Shown here one piece after another: positions 52,223-64,000 of a stretch of 64,000 nucleotides of DNA. Source of the stretch: Phoronis australis. Its lineage: Eukaryota; Animalia; Phoronida. The first letter of the stretch is position 1. Every line of letters starts with the position of its first letter. The translations under genes were made by a program, and so were the position numbers. The stretch is from contig NMRA01000689.1 of the NCBI GenBank assembly GCA_002633005.1, positions 139,137-203,136 of the forward strand, written 5' to 3'. The notes beneath the pieces were generated by a model. It saw nothing but the letters and a program-made list of their open reading frames with translations. It ran no database searches and was not told where the DNA came from.

Positions 52223-52599
52223 ATTTCGAGCTTTCTACTAAATGTACTCGCAGTCACTGCATCAACAATCAACCAAAGTAGGGATTGCACTACTGTTCGT
52301 CACTTATGGCAACACCGACTATTGGAAACTACACTCTGCTACGTCGTGGCTTTGGCGCTGCAAAGTCAAATCGTCGACAGGTTAAAATGACAGATATAGT
52401 TTGTTGGCAATTGTTGGTCCAGCGCACGGATTAAGCTTAGAAAGTGGTACAAGTGAGTCGAGTGCAATGGGGTAGTCGCATTATTAAATTCGGAATTTGT
52501 GGGCTTCGACCGAAGACACCTAGTACTTAAGACATCAAATATTTTTCGTCTAAAAATATTTACTGTGTGAATTTAATTTGTATATGTTACAAGCCATCA

Positions 52600-52673
52600 G
52601 TCGTTGTAGGTTTATCGATATGAATCTCGTTGCCAGGTGCAAGCAGTTGCGGGTTCGACTACCGAAAAAGTCC
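52600..52673 (+). pseudogene. Decayed tRNA-Pro copy inside a repeat unit
   Basis: ttgtaggtttatcgatatgaatctcgttgccaggtgcaagcagttgcgggttcgactaccgaaaaagtcc aligns end to end with the tRNA-Pro at 55516-55587. Confidence 0.7.
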
Positions 52674-53162
52674 ATTTTCCTCTCCCGGCTTTGCTAAGAG
52701 CTAAAACTTGCAAGTGATGTCTTGGACAACTTTCAATTGTTTGCTATTTTAAACCTCGTCTATACGCTCCAACGATGCGTGGACAGTGGTCCAATTGTTG
52801 CGCACGGTCACGTGTAGGCTTGATGCTGTTGCGAGTGCCGCGGTGTTGTTAAATGGGAACCTTTATTGCTAGTCTCAGTGCGTAGTATTGTTGATACATG
52901 TGCGCCATGTGATCTTTTCGTGAAATTTCAATGGCTCCTTGTCAAAAATAACTACAAGCAATGACAAAAGTAATTACAGTAGGTGTAAAATCGGTTGTAG
53001 TCTCTTGACTTCAAGTTGTAGTGGTAGACAGCAGTCGAGTCGAGTACCACTAGGTTTTGTACCTCTGTCATATTTGAAGTGTTGGCATATTGGAAATAAT
53101 CCTTCTTATGGATCGATGTAGCGCTAGATCCTGCCTTCCATGAACAAAAAAGTAACGCCGCC

Positions 53163-53235
53163 TGCCCCGAGTGAGGATCGAACTCACGACCTTGAGATTA
53201 TGAGACTCACGCGCTGCCTACTGCGCCATCGAGGC
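53163..53235 (-). tRNA. tRNA-Met(CAT), elongator
   Basis: Reverse complement GCCTCGATGGCGCAGTAGGCAGCGCGTGAGTCTCATAATCTCAAGGTCGTGAGTTCGATCCTCACTCGGGGCA forms a full cloverleaf with CAT anticodon, the U31-U39 pair typical of elongator Met, and a downstream T-run terminator. Confidence 0.97.
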
Positions 53236-53671
53236 GGCCTTGTTCGCAATCCGGTGCATTTACTAAATTTACTCGCAGTCACTGCATCTACCATCAATCA
53301 AAGTAGAGATTTCCCTTCTGTTTGTAGCTACAGCGCAATGGTAACACCATGCACTTTGAAATCTACACTCTACTGAGTCGACATAATTTGGCTTTGGCGT
53401 AGCAAAGTCAAATCATCGACAGGTTAAAGTGGCAGATATTGTTTGTTGGAAGTTGTTGGTCCAGCGAATTGAGCTTAGAAAGTAGTACCAGAGTAGATTA
53501 CTTCTTGCAACGGAGTAGTTAAAATGATGCGAGAGTTCATTGCCAGTAGCCGCATTGTTAAATTCGGAATTTGTGGGTTTTGCCCCAAGACGTGTAGTGT
53601 TTAAATCATCAAACATTATTCGTCTAAAAATATTTATTGTATGAATTTGATTGCATACATTACAAGCCATC

Positions 53672-53748
53672 GGACGTTGAAGGTTTATCGATAAGAATCT
53701 TATTGTTGCAGGTGCAAGCAGTAGTGGGATCCAATACCGGACAAGTCC
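53672..53748 (+). pseudogene. Decayed tRNA-Pro copy inside a repeat unit
   Basis: Homologous to 52600-52673. Ends ccggacaagtcc (compare ccggacaagccc) followed by a T7 run. Confidence 0.6.
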
Positions 53749-54228
53749 ATTTTTTTCTCTGGCTCAGTCCGGCATCACCACGAGCTCCAACTTGCCAAGT
53801 GGCGTTTTGAACAACTTTCGGTAGTTTGCCATTTTTAAACCCCACGCTCCATTGTAGACAGTGGTCCGAATGTCGCGCACGGTCACGTGTAGCCGGCTTG
53901 ATGTTGCTTTGTGGGTGCTGCGGTGTTGTTGAATGGGAACATTTATTGATAGTCTCAGTGCGTAGTGTTGTTGATACATGTGCACCATGTGATCCATTCA
54001 CAAAATTCCGTTGGCTTCTAGTTGTCAACAATAACCATAACACGCAGTGACAACAGTAATTACAGAATGTGTAACATCGGTCGTAGCCTATTGACTTTGT
54101 AGTGGTCGTGTACCACTAGGTTTTGTCCCTCTATCATTTTTGACTGTTAGCATTTTGGAAGTTATCATTCTTATGTTTCGATGTAGCACCAGATCGTGCT
54201 TTTCATAAAGAAAAACAATAACGCCGCC

Positions 54229-54301
54229 TGCCCCGAGTGAGGATCGAACTCACGACCTTGAGATTATGAGACTCACGCGCTGCCTACTGCGCCATCGAGG
54301 C
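54229..54301 (-). tRNA. tRNA-Met(CAT), elongator
   Basis: Identical to 53163-53235, with a T-run terminator downstream on the minus strand. Confidence 0.97.
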
Positions 54302-55515
54302 GGTCCCGTACACATTCCGGGGCATTTTAATAAGTTTTCTCGCAGTCACTGCATCTATCATCAATCAAAGTAGGTGTTTTCCTTCAGTTGGTCGTTACAG
54401 TGCAATGGCAATACCAGCCAGATATTGCATGGACGATCTACACTCTGCTACGTCGGATACAATTTGTGTTAAGCGTAGTAAAGTCAAATCATCGACAAGT
54501 TAAAATCACAGATATGGTTTGTTGGCAATTGTTGGTCTACTAGCGACACGGATCAAGCTTAGACAGTGGTATAATGAGTCGAGTGTTTATTGCTATGAAG
54601 TAGTTCCAGTAACCAACTGAGATCCGACTTCATTTCCGGTAGCCGCATTATTAAATTCGGAATTAGTGGGTTTTGCTCCAAGAAACTTAGTACTTAAATC
54701 ATCAACTATTATTCATGTAAGAATTATTTTCTGTATGAATTTGATTGTATACATTACAAGCCATCAGTCGCTGTAGGTTTAGGACTCACACGCTGCCCGG
54801 CCCTGCGCCATTTAGGCCACCTGTAGACTCGAACTCGGGAGAAATGGTTTCTGGTATTGGAAAAAAAACTCACTGTTTAGTATCGCTTGAGCCTAAATTG
54901 AGACTTGTCGTCATTTGCCAGCCTAAAATGGACAACTAAAACTCAAACGGTCTTTTTGATGACAAAAAATGGGTGAATGCGGGCGATTTTTTTTTTAATT
55001 CCCGGGAATAACACACAAACTAGTCATCATTTCTTCTTTGGGGCATAGCAGGATCAACACAGACTTGTTTTTCTAGAACAACAACAACATGTCTTGTGAT
55101 CTACGAGGCACCACATATTGCGGCTTTGAAAGCGGTTGAAAGCGGTCTTTTTTTCCTAAATCAAACACTGCTGTGCTTACGCAGATGAATCGCTCATAAC
55201 ATAAATGTTCTGGCTGTGACTTCATCGCCAATTATGAATCCGACGTGTTGCTGTCTTCGTCACATCGGTGTCGGTGACAGGAGTTCACCTACGAGTGGCT
55301 AGTGTATTTTTGGTAACACACAAATTTCTTGTGTTTTACTACACACAAACATGGGCGGCGCAACACTGATAAACGGGGGGCTATAGACCTCCAGGCCCCT
55401 ATATGGTGCGCCGCTCATTCCAGGCAAAAAGTCCCTCCGACGTTCCAACAACGACGTTCCGGGCAACAAACGGTGACGTTGTATCTCACTAATGAGATTC
55501 TGCTGAAGCATGAGT

Positions 55516-55587
55516 GGCTTGTTGGTCTAGCGGTATGATTCTCGCTTCGGGTGCGAGAAGTTCCGGGTTCGACTCCCGGACAAGCCC
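55516..55587 (+). tRNA. tRNA-Pro(CGG)
   Basis: GGCTTGTTGGTCTAGCGGTATGATTCTCGCTTCGGGTGCGAGAAGTTCCGGGTTCGACTCCCGGACAAGCCC forms a cloverleaf with anticodon CGG and a T5 terminator just downstream. Confidence 0.93.
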
Positions 55588-55887
55588 ACCATTCTTTTTC
55601 TGCCACCATCATCACCAAGATCGTTCTCTTGCATAATGACTTGGGAGACTGAGAACTCTATTCGCTTTGATTAACGTCATGTGTACGAAGCTGGACTGAG
55701 TGCCTAAGAACTATGACCGACATCATCGCTGGTTGAAAGACAGTTGTCATCATTTACAATTACAACTAACTGATGCTGTACCACTGGCTTCACCCCGGCC
55801 GACACCAATCCACAGTTCATAGACCCTATTCTCGCCGACAGGAGGCGCGTTCCAAAACGAGGCTCGCTACGATAGCTCTGGTGGCTT

Positions 55888-56030
55888 ATGCGTAGTTGTA
55901 CATGTACTTCGCGTTGCTCGAACAGGCTAGAAAAAATACCGACACTCTGTTCACAATCCCAAAGGCCGTTAGGATTCGGAAGCGTTGGGTCCTTGCCATA
56001 CGCCGCGACGAAGGAAAATATGTCCGTGTA
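55888..56030 (+). pseudogene. THAP zinc-finger fragment (transposon-derived remnant)
   Basis: CSNR..(frameshift)..LFTIPKAVRIRKRWVLAIRRDEGKY resembles the THAP F-x-F-P-K...W-x-x-A-I-R-R motif. Confidence 0.6.
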
Positions 56031-56361
56031 AAATTTATAACTTTTTTCGAATCATAATTTGTCGCATCTCGGACTGGATGCCGCCATAGTAATCGAGGAC
56101 CGGAGAATCTTCGGCCAGCCAGGCTGTGTTTTCATGACTATGGGTTGAAGCGCGATGCATTTTTTTCACAAAAAGGAAAGGGCCCTCAATCCCTCAGTTT
56201 TGGGGCCAAATATCGGCCCTATTCCCCTCTCAAAAATATTAAAAAATCACGCGAAATTCCCGGTCACGAAGCCTAAAAATCCCCTTTGTGATTGAAAATT
56301 TCTCTCCAACGGTTCAAATCACCTGTGACCACAGAGGTGACAATTTGAAAAAGTACAAAAT

Positions 56362-56711
56362 CATAGGCGGATTTAGGGGGGGGGCAAGGGCCCCCCCCCC
56401 CCCCCTCTCTTGACTGCCGCAAGCAAAATAAACCAGCAAAACGTGAAGCGGCCGGAGGAAACTACGCGGGTACTCGGAGTTCGAGCTAGGTCGGACCGGT
56501 AGCGGAAGAGAGGGGAAAACACGTTCCGTTTTAGTTTTTTTTTAGTCCAACAACGACAGATTTCCGGCAGAAGGTATACATCCTCGGCGCCCGCAACTTC
56601 TGGGCCGCCCGGCTGCGTGCGTACAATCGCGCTTTCAGTGCCCGCTTCTCCGAGGGTGTCGGCCCCCCCACCCGCTCACTAGGCCTATATGGTATCCTAG
56701 ATCAGCCACTG
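56362..56711. mobile_element. Inverted-repeat element related to 22015-23002, with 5-bp direct repeat AAAAT
   Basis: aaaat|cataggcggatttagg...cctagatcagccactg|aaaat. Confidence 0.7.
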
Positions 56712-59418
56712 AAAATGCTACTTGAGACAGAGCTATGAGAGCTTGCAAAAGGGCGGGGTGCTAATGATGGTGATCGGGAGGTCAGTAGAGTTTTCACTGA
56801 CCCGTCACTCGGCGAAATTCCCCTCTCAGAAAGCCGCACACACATGAGGCATCTTTCCTCTCGGATATGTACGAGGCCTCTGAAGAAACATGATAACTAT
56901 GCTTGTTCCCGGCAGGGGAGATCCAGGACTTTGAGTTAGGGGTTGGGGCAAGGCAAAGTATTAGCCAGGATTTTGCCCGTCAGAAATTCGCGCTCCTGAA
57001 CTGCCAAATGGAATCTTGGGAGAATTTTAGGGGGGCTGGGGCATAGCCCCTTGGCTCCCCTCTAAATCCGCCACTGTGTTCTCTCCAGTTAACTGAAATT
57101 GAGCTCTAAAACGAGGTTATGCTTTGGACGAAAGAATTAGGTGTTTTAATTTTAAAATTCAACTTGGTCGAGAGTGATATTTGAAAAATATAACACGTGA
57201 AATAGACGTAATTATTGAAACCAAGAAGGCAGAATTGATGGTCATATAATACTTATTTTCAATTGCGAGCCTAGTTTTTTATCGTAATCAAAATATATAT
57301 TTAATAACATCAAGAATTATTTCAGATCAATGACAAATCAACTGTTAGTCCCGGTAGTGCCTACCTCACCAGAACCTAGGCTATGCTTGAAGCTAACAGA
57401 CCTACTCTTGATCAACAAATTAAACCAGATGAGACTAATTGCACATGACAGCAAAAGGCTATGAGCCACCACTGTCGAATATATCTTCAACTCGTCAACA
57501 ATACGACCAGATGACCTGGTTCGTGTAGAAAGCATTTTTATCAAGAATTTATTAGAAAAAACGTAACCCTGCATTCAGCATGATACCTAATTTGCAATTT
57601 GGTCATGTTCACTTTTAATGTTTCGAACCTAGTTTTCCGGAAAAAACCTATGTCCTTTCGTCAGACAACTCTTTGGTGCATTGACCTGTTCTTTAACTGT
57701 ATTTTTCTACGTCTCTGTGGTTAATTATTGACACATTTTTAAGATTTAATATTCAGGTTGGACTCCAAAGACCGGACATTTAACTCACGCAATGTAAATT
57801 TCCGCTTTGTTTATCGCAGTGAGCCTCGCTTTGGATTTTAATGTCCGCCGCGTGAATAGAGTCTATGGTCAATGTCACCAAAATCGAATCGTTATGAGGA
57901 AGCAGATAGGCCTACCCTCGTCGGCTAAGTGGTCCACTGCGGATACTCCGTCAGCCTCGGATATTGTCATATCCTCACATTTTCCCTCGGAGATCAATGT
58001 TATCAGCGCTTCTGGCCGGGAGCTTCAGTCACACGACCCATCATTTTCCACTTCAGTTGTAAGTCACGCGACTTTCTATATAATCAGGAAGACATGGTCC
58101 AGGTAAAACCTTCCTGGTATGACCTAAGTCCGCACATGTGCAGTTCACCTCCGAGGAGAGATTTGAGGCAAAGAAAATTCCGAGATGTAAACATCAGCGC
58201 AGTACGCGCAGAGTATGAGCTCGCAAAGGTATTGCTTTTCAGTGGCGGATTCAGAGGGGGGCAAGGGAGCCATGGCCCCCCTAAAATCCTCNCAAAATGC
58301 TAGCGCCTCAAGGTTTTGCAGCACTACCTGGAGCACAGAACAGACATTACGCAGTACGTTTTGTCTGAGTAGACTTGAGTACGTGCGGCCGAAATTAATA
58401 AAGTGAATAACTCGAACCAGTCTTCAGTCTATCGTCGCACCGAAAGCTACAAAACACCGGTCAGCAATAACCTGTGTCCGCCCATCCACGGAGCACACCG
58501 TGACATGTTCATTATAAAATTTGCAAACAGATGCGTGCCGACTAAGTACTTTTATCATAAAACGGATAAAAAGACGAATACAGACAGCACACCCATATTA
58601 AAACCGCAAATTCTTATTTTTTTCTTTTCATTCTTTTATTCACATCATGACTACAGTGCAATAAATGTAAGTTTTTCATAAGCTCATTCATTCACACATT
58701 CCGATGAGAAAACCAACCAGTTTCCTATCTTAAGAGTGCAGTGCACTTCAGACCAGACAAATGGATACACCCTATGTCACGGATTTGGATCATACTATGC
58801 GTTGCAGTTTATTTTCTTATGTTATATTACTAAAATGTAGTTTAAACAATTCCTACTCTGTTAAGTAGTTTAAAAGTCCGGCACATCAGTTTTCACTCAA
58901 AATCAGTGTCAAATTTTACCATGAAATTCCATTTTTTGTGGTATTGTAAAAATTATAGAAGCTGCTGGACAGTTAAATAGTTTGTGTTTTGGATTAACTC
59001 ATCCATGGTCTCAGTAAATAGAAATTGGAAATATTTCCTGAAATTTCTGAGGATAACGGGGTCATAGAAGAAAAAACACAGAAAACTTACCCAATTTGAG
59101 CGTGCGAATCTCAACTGAAGCCTACTAGACTCTTAGTTGTAAGTTTGACCTGTTTTAGATTAAATTGACATATGTCTCCAAAACTACGGGCGAACTTCTG
59201 TCTACATACAGGAATGAGCCAATGTTTACAGCCACCTCAGGCACAACTTATCAGTGAAAATCCTCAGTCTTGATATCTAAAGTGCTCAAAATTGTTTTTC
59301 AAATTTTTTTTTCGTTTCATAGCACATAGAATGTAATAGAATTAAAATATTTGGTTTTCCTGTGAATTATCGTTTTCATAAGAAGTCCTGCAGTCACCAC
59401 TGATGTCACCAAAGGAAA

Positions 59419-59816
59419 ATGGCTGCCGGGAAAAAGGAAGCAGTCAGTGTTCACTGTAGGAGTCTTTATGTTAATCTGGTTAGTGGGACTTCAATGGAGT
59501 ACCCAAACCACCATGCAGTTGAAACATTAGCTAAATCTAATAAGTCGATATCAGATCTTCTGAAACATGTTAAATCAGGCCTCGTCCCGGCAGCTGAATT
59601 TTGCCAGAGTGGGCTTGCTTACCACCGGTTGCTCTCAGAGTTGACTGTTTGTGGAAAACATCGAGCTCAGTTTGGAATCAGATGGAGACCAAGAAAAACA
59701 TCTACCCACCCTCAATTGTAGAGTTTGAAGTGTCAGAAGAATTTCCCAAAGAATTGTTCAAGGAACAGAATGTACCGATTGAGCTTGGGTCAGATGACTT
59801 GTTATGCAGGTCGTAA
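59419..59816 (+). mobile_element. Transposase N-terminal remnant related to the Sola2-like element
   Basis: LTVCGKHRAQFGIRWRPRKTSTHP parallels ICFTYRHKFGLGFRQKLMCCYRKH at 19745-19981. Confidence 0.5.
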
Positions 59817-60324
59817 GTGTTCCAAAAATTTTAGAAATGTAGTTGGTACATGCTTTTTTGCTTTGTTAGGACAACAATTTGAAGGGTGTCAACAGTACTT
59901 TTGACTTCCTTGTTACCCTATGGTGATGACACCACGCGCGTTCAATGCTGATGAATAACACAAATCCTCAGTCCTCTAATCGTCTGGACAATCTTGTCAG
60001 CTACGAAACCGCACGCGGGCGAAGTTTGCCGGGTACGACCCGATGATTACAGGAAGCGCGTTGAACGGGAAGCAAATTCGAAATGATTACTAAATTAGTT
60101 TAAGTATCATCGTATTTAGAAGTGGTACCAGTAGCTGCAACGATTTTGTCGCTGTTGTCCATCTATATCCTGTCTTTAACGGAGAGTAAGGGGCTGGACC
60201 TTTTCCGCGTTGGATCGAACCTCCCTGGTTACGGGCCTCCATTTCCTCAAATTTAGGTTAATAAAGTTTAGGGCACACTGCTTACAGTCACGTTCTTAAA
60301 GCTCATGACTAATGTTAAGTCCAT

Positions 60325-60812
60325 TGAATTAAATGTAACCAACCTTGCAAAGTAGAAGAGAACACTTGTGTGCACTTGCAATTATCTGATATCAATTCTT
60401 TATCCTGCATTATGAACAATTTCTGGGAATAGCATTTCAAGGATTTTTCATGACAATTCTTGGAAAGAACGCAAACTGAAACGCGACTGTTGTAATGAAC
60501 GCAGTCAACCTTGTGTAGTACCAGAGAACGTCTGTGTACATGTGTATTTGTCTGATAATGATTCTTTACCCTGCATTGAGAATAACAACTCTGAGGCAGT
60601 TTTCAAGCATATTTTCATGACGAATCTTCGAAAGAGTGTAATCTGAAACGCGACTGTTGTGATGTCGGTTGAATTAAATGTAACCAACCTTGCATGTATT
60701 TATCTGATAACGATTATTTACTCTGCATTGAAAACAACAATGTCGAGGCATAGTTTTTCAAGCATTTTTTCATGACGATTCCCGGCCTGGAAAGAACGCA
60801 AACTGACACGTT
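60325..60812. repeat. Diverged tandem repeat of about 170 bp (about 3 copies)
   Basis: Recurring aaccttg..tctgata..tta.cctgcattga..aacaa..tttcaag.at.ttttcatgac..gaaaga..aactga.acg. Confidence 0.7.
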
Positions 60813-63279
60813 TCGGCACTCAGTAACGGCAGCATTTGAATGTGCATTTGAAAAATGCACTCGTCAGATATTGTCGTTCAACAGGAGATGTTTGTATGAA
60901 TTTATAGATAACTTTCATTCGTCGTTATTATGGAGATAAGAAAGTGCGTGATCTAGTTTTTGAAATCAGGCACAATTTTGTGTCTCTCGTTAATGTCAGA
61001 TCACGCATCCACGGGTATTTATCCAGTTTATAAAACTTTTTCACGCCGGTGTTACAGACCACAACGCAACACTTGATACTTCGTTAGCATAGAAAGAACG
61101 AATAGAGTAATGCAAGCGAGAAAAACTTGTTAAATCAGACAACAACAAATAACACGTGAAACTCGAGTGGCTCGAAAACGAGGCAGCAAATGTGCCTGAC
61201 GAATATTTACGGCATTGTGGGTAAATACAGCTAGATTCGAGTGTCGCTGTGTAACCCGGGATGGCCCTATTGCCATGAATCGCAAGCATATAGTACTAAC
61301 TGAATGTTATTAATTCTACTAGTCATGTGTGCTTCGACCGTACAGTTAATAGCGGAAAGCGATCGAGAAACAATTCTAATAAACTTCAGCACGTGAATTA
61401 TATTCAAGTAAATAACCACGGTATAAATCCTGAAGGTTACTGGAGTGATACATTGACTTCAGTTCTGACAGTGGCGTTATTTTGAACTCGGGAGACGATT
61501 TGCGTGCGTTAAAATATTTCCCTTCGTTATTCGTAGGAATCACAAAGGATTGTGGGTGATATTCAAACATTAAACTAAGACCGTGAGCCATTATTAGAAA
61601 TGCCATTGCTTGAGAGAACGCTTGTCGGCCGTCCCGCCGGTTTCTGGCTGTGGCGCAGCTTAGAAAATTCTAAAAAGTTACCCAGATGCTGTGAAATTTG
61701 AACGCATCTTAGCCGAGTACAGAGATTTCATCGCTTACTTCTTTCAAAGTCAGTTCTAAATGTCGTCTTGTCTTTTGCGCTGGGATTTTCCTCCGCCATA
61801 ATTCTACGGTTTCAAACACTCACTGACGCGCCTTGCTATGCGTGGCGACTTTATAAGCACCTCCTCGTGACGGTCACGTGACACAACAACTCGTTCCTCT
61901 CACTCCGGCAAGTGTGCAAAAAAGCCCATTATTGGTCCAGTCTCATAAAGCTTACGTAAGCAGTGGTGGATTTAGGGAGCAAGGGGCCATGCCACCCTAA
62001 AATTCTCCCAGTTTGGCAGCTCGAGAGTGCGAATGTCTGCCTTGCCCCCAACTCAAAATCCTGGATCCGCCCCTGCTCGCTTTTACCTGGAATTAAAAAT
62101 GAAAAAATATAAACATACTACAACTAGTGTAACAAGGGGACCACCCTTTGTTCTTCAGTTGATGAGAGGGCCAACCTATTCAGTTCGTTGCCAAGCAATC
62201 GACGTCTTTTTATTACCAATCACTGGCAGCTTAAGCCAAAATAGATCAGAGCCGTCAAGTCTTTCCTAGGAACTAGTCTACGAGGGATGTTAGAGCCAAA
62301 GTAACGTAATCGCCTGTGGTGGAGAGAGAGAGAGAGAGCTGGTTATTTCCCCTTGACATTTACGTTTTTTGAATTGCTGCATTTACCGCTCCTTTTTATG
62401 TTCAACGTAAGGTGTTTTGTTTTAGTTGCTGATCTTTTCAAAAAAGAAAATCCCCCGCCAGACTTATATTACAACAGCCAAAAAAAATTCCTATAAAGTG
62501 AAACCTGACTGGTAAACCAAAGTTACAATTTTGCTAAAAGAAACATCACCACTCGCCACCGATACCACTACCATCACAACCTAGGTAAAAGAAACAATTC
62601 ATTACCACTGTGTCTATTTTTTAATCGCAACAGCAGTCATTTACTCCGTCAGTGCAGCACTTTTTAAGTCAACTGCTGAATGGGGGCGCTGTGGTAAGCA
62701 ATACAAGTTTTGGAAGCTTTTTATGCTGTGGGCATAAAAACACTTCGAGAAAATTGAAAAATCCGAGAGAGTCCCTCTAGGGAGTCTTTTACTGTAAAAA
62801 AACGGTCTCAAAATATTCCTATTCGTGACAAGATTTTATTTTTGTGGCGACTATCTTAAGTCATATAGGTACTAACATGTACATGCGCTTTTTCAAGTTT
62901 ACAATTTTAGTGTTGACTAATTTGAGCCCCCCATCTTTTAGGTTGGATGCGCGCATGTAATCTCAATAAACTCCCAAGTGTTTAAATTATGAGTCGCTGA
63001 TGGTTTCGAAGTTCTGATTGGCCCGGTAACGGAAATCCTGTCACGTTTTCGGTGTCTAACCAACTAATGCAACTTAACCATATAACTTGTACTTTCGCTT
63101 TCTTGCTATTGCTTTTCAAACCATTTCGAAAGTCTTTCACCGTAGGAACAAATTAGCCCCTATAAGGTTTAGATCAGCGCCTCGGCCGGCGGCGGGCAAC
63201 TGCTCCGCGCCTGATGGGTCCCTGGCCCCTTTTGTGGTGCGCCGCCCAAACATCGGCACCCAAGCTGTAAGCTGACCTT

Positions 63280-64000
63280 AACAAACTCTATGACTGGTCT
63301 CACAAATGGAAGATGAAATTTAAACCTGAAAAAGGTGTTGATCTTATATTTTCTAAGTCTAATAATATTCATTTCCAAACAAATCCAACACTGGAATTAT
63401 CACTCAACGGGGAAGTTATCCCCAATAAGTTCACGCACAAACATCTTGGCTTGCTACTCGACCATAAGCTTACATTTACTCCTCATTGTCGCGAACTCGT
63501 TCAAAAAGTACAAAAATTAATTAATCCTATTAGAATTATCTCTCGTTATCTCAACTCCATGCATCTTGAAGCTCTGTTCAAGTCTTTTGTACTTCCACAT
63601 CTAGATTACTGTGACATAATCTACCAATCGGCAAACGCTGGCATACTACAATACCAAGCAGCTTTAGCCATAACTGGGGCATACAAAGGGTCCAACACAA
63701 TCAAGGTTCTAAATAGTCTTCACTGGAGCAAACTAGTAACCCGTCGTAAACTCCACCTGTCCATGTATACATTCAAAGTCTTAACCAACATAAACAATTA
63801 CTCTTGAACAAAATCCTATTTGACTCCTACAAAAGACCAAACACGAGACCAGGACTCCGGCAAAGCAATATGTATACTATTCCAGCCTCCATCAGCCAAG
63901 CCTTTAGAAGATCAACGATATTGACTTGTATTGACAACTGGAATTCCTTACCATTCAAAATAAAAGAAAGCACTTCAATCGTCACTCTCAAAAATAACTT
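63280..64000 (+). mobile_element. 5'-truncated non-LTR retrotransposon (CR1/L2-like), RT C-terminal fragment
   Basis: ORF 63313-63807 KHLGLLLDHKLTFTPH...LFKSFVLPHLDYCDIIY...LQYQAALAITGA...LHWSKLVTRRKLH is typical of the region after the RT core in CR1/L2 ORF2. It continues frameshifted to the window end. Confidence 0.88.

Larger units (their letters stand above)
51870..54820. repeat. Tandem array of tRNA-bearing units of about 1.0-1.07 kb
   Basis: tRNA-Met copies at 52150, 53163 and 54229 (spacing 1013 and 1066) with homologous but diverged spacers. The first and last units are internally deleted. Confidence 0.9.

Overview
AT-rich animal (probably invertebrate) genomic DNA from a heterozygous draft assembly, with N gaps and single-N contig joins. 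It holds three spliced + strand genes. (1) The last seven coding exons of a PDZ-GEF (RAPGEF2/6-like) gene ending in ...EEEQVSAV. (2) A complete-looking sialate O-acetylesterase (SIAE, about 562 aa) whose long intron carries a roughly 4.9 kb TIR DNA transposon. (3) A four-exon gene for an apparently secreted 282-aa EGFR-derived protein: signal peptide, pro-like segment, one receptor L domain and one complete disulfide module, then a stop. Gene 3 is the best candidate for a new system, a soluble EGFR mini-receptor or decoy. The distal part holds a roughly 1 kb-unit tandem array in which elongator tRNA-Met is conserved while co-resident tRNA-Pro copies have decayed. It also holds an intact tRNA-Pro(CGG), many MITE/SINE-like repeats, a THAP remnant and a LINE reverse-transcriptase fragment. 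Gene models were built by eye from splice signals, reading phase and remembered family motifs. No database search was run.
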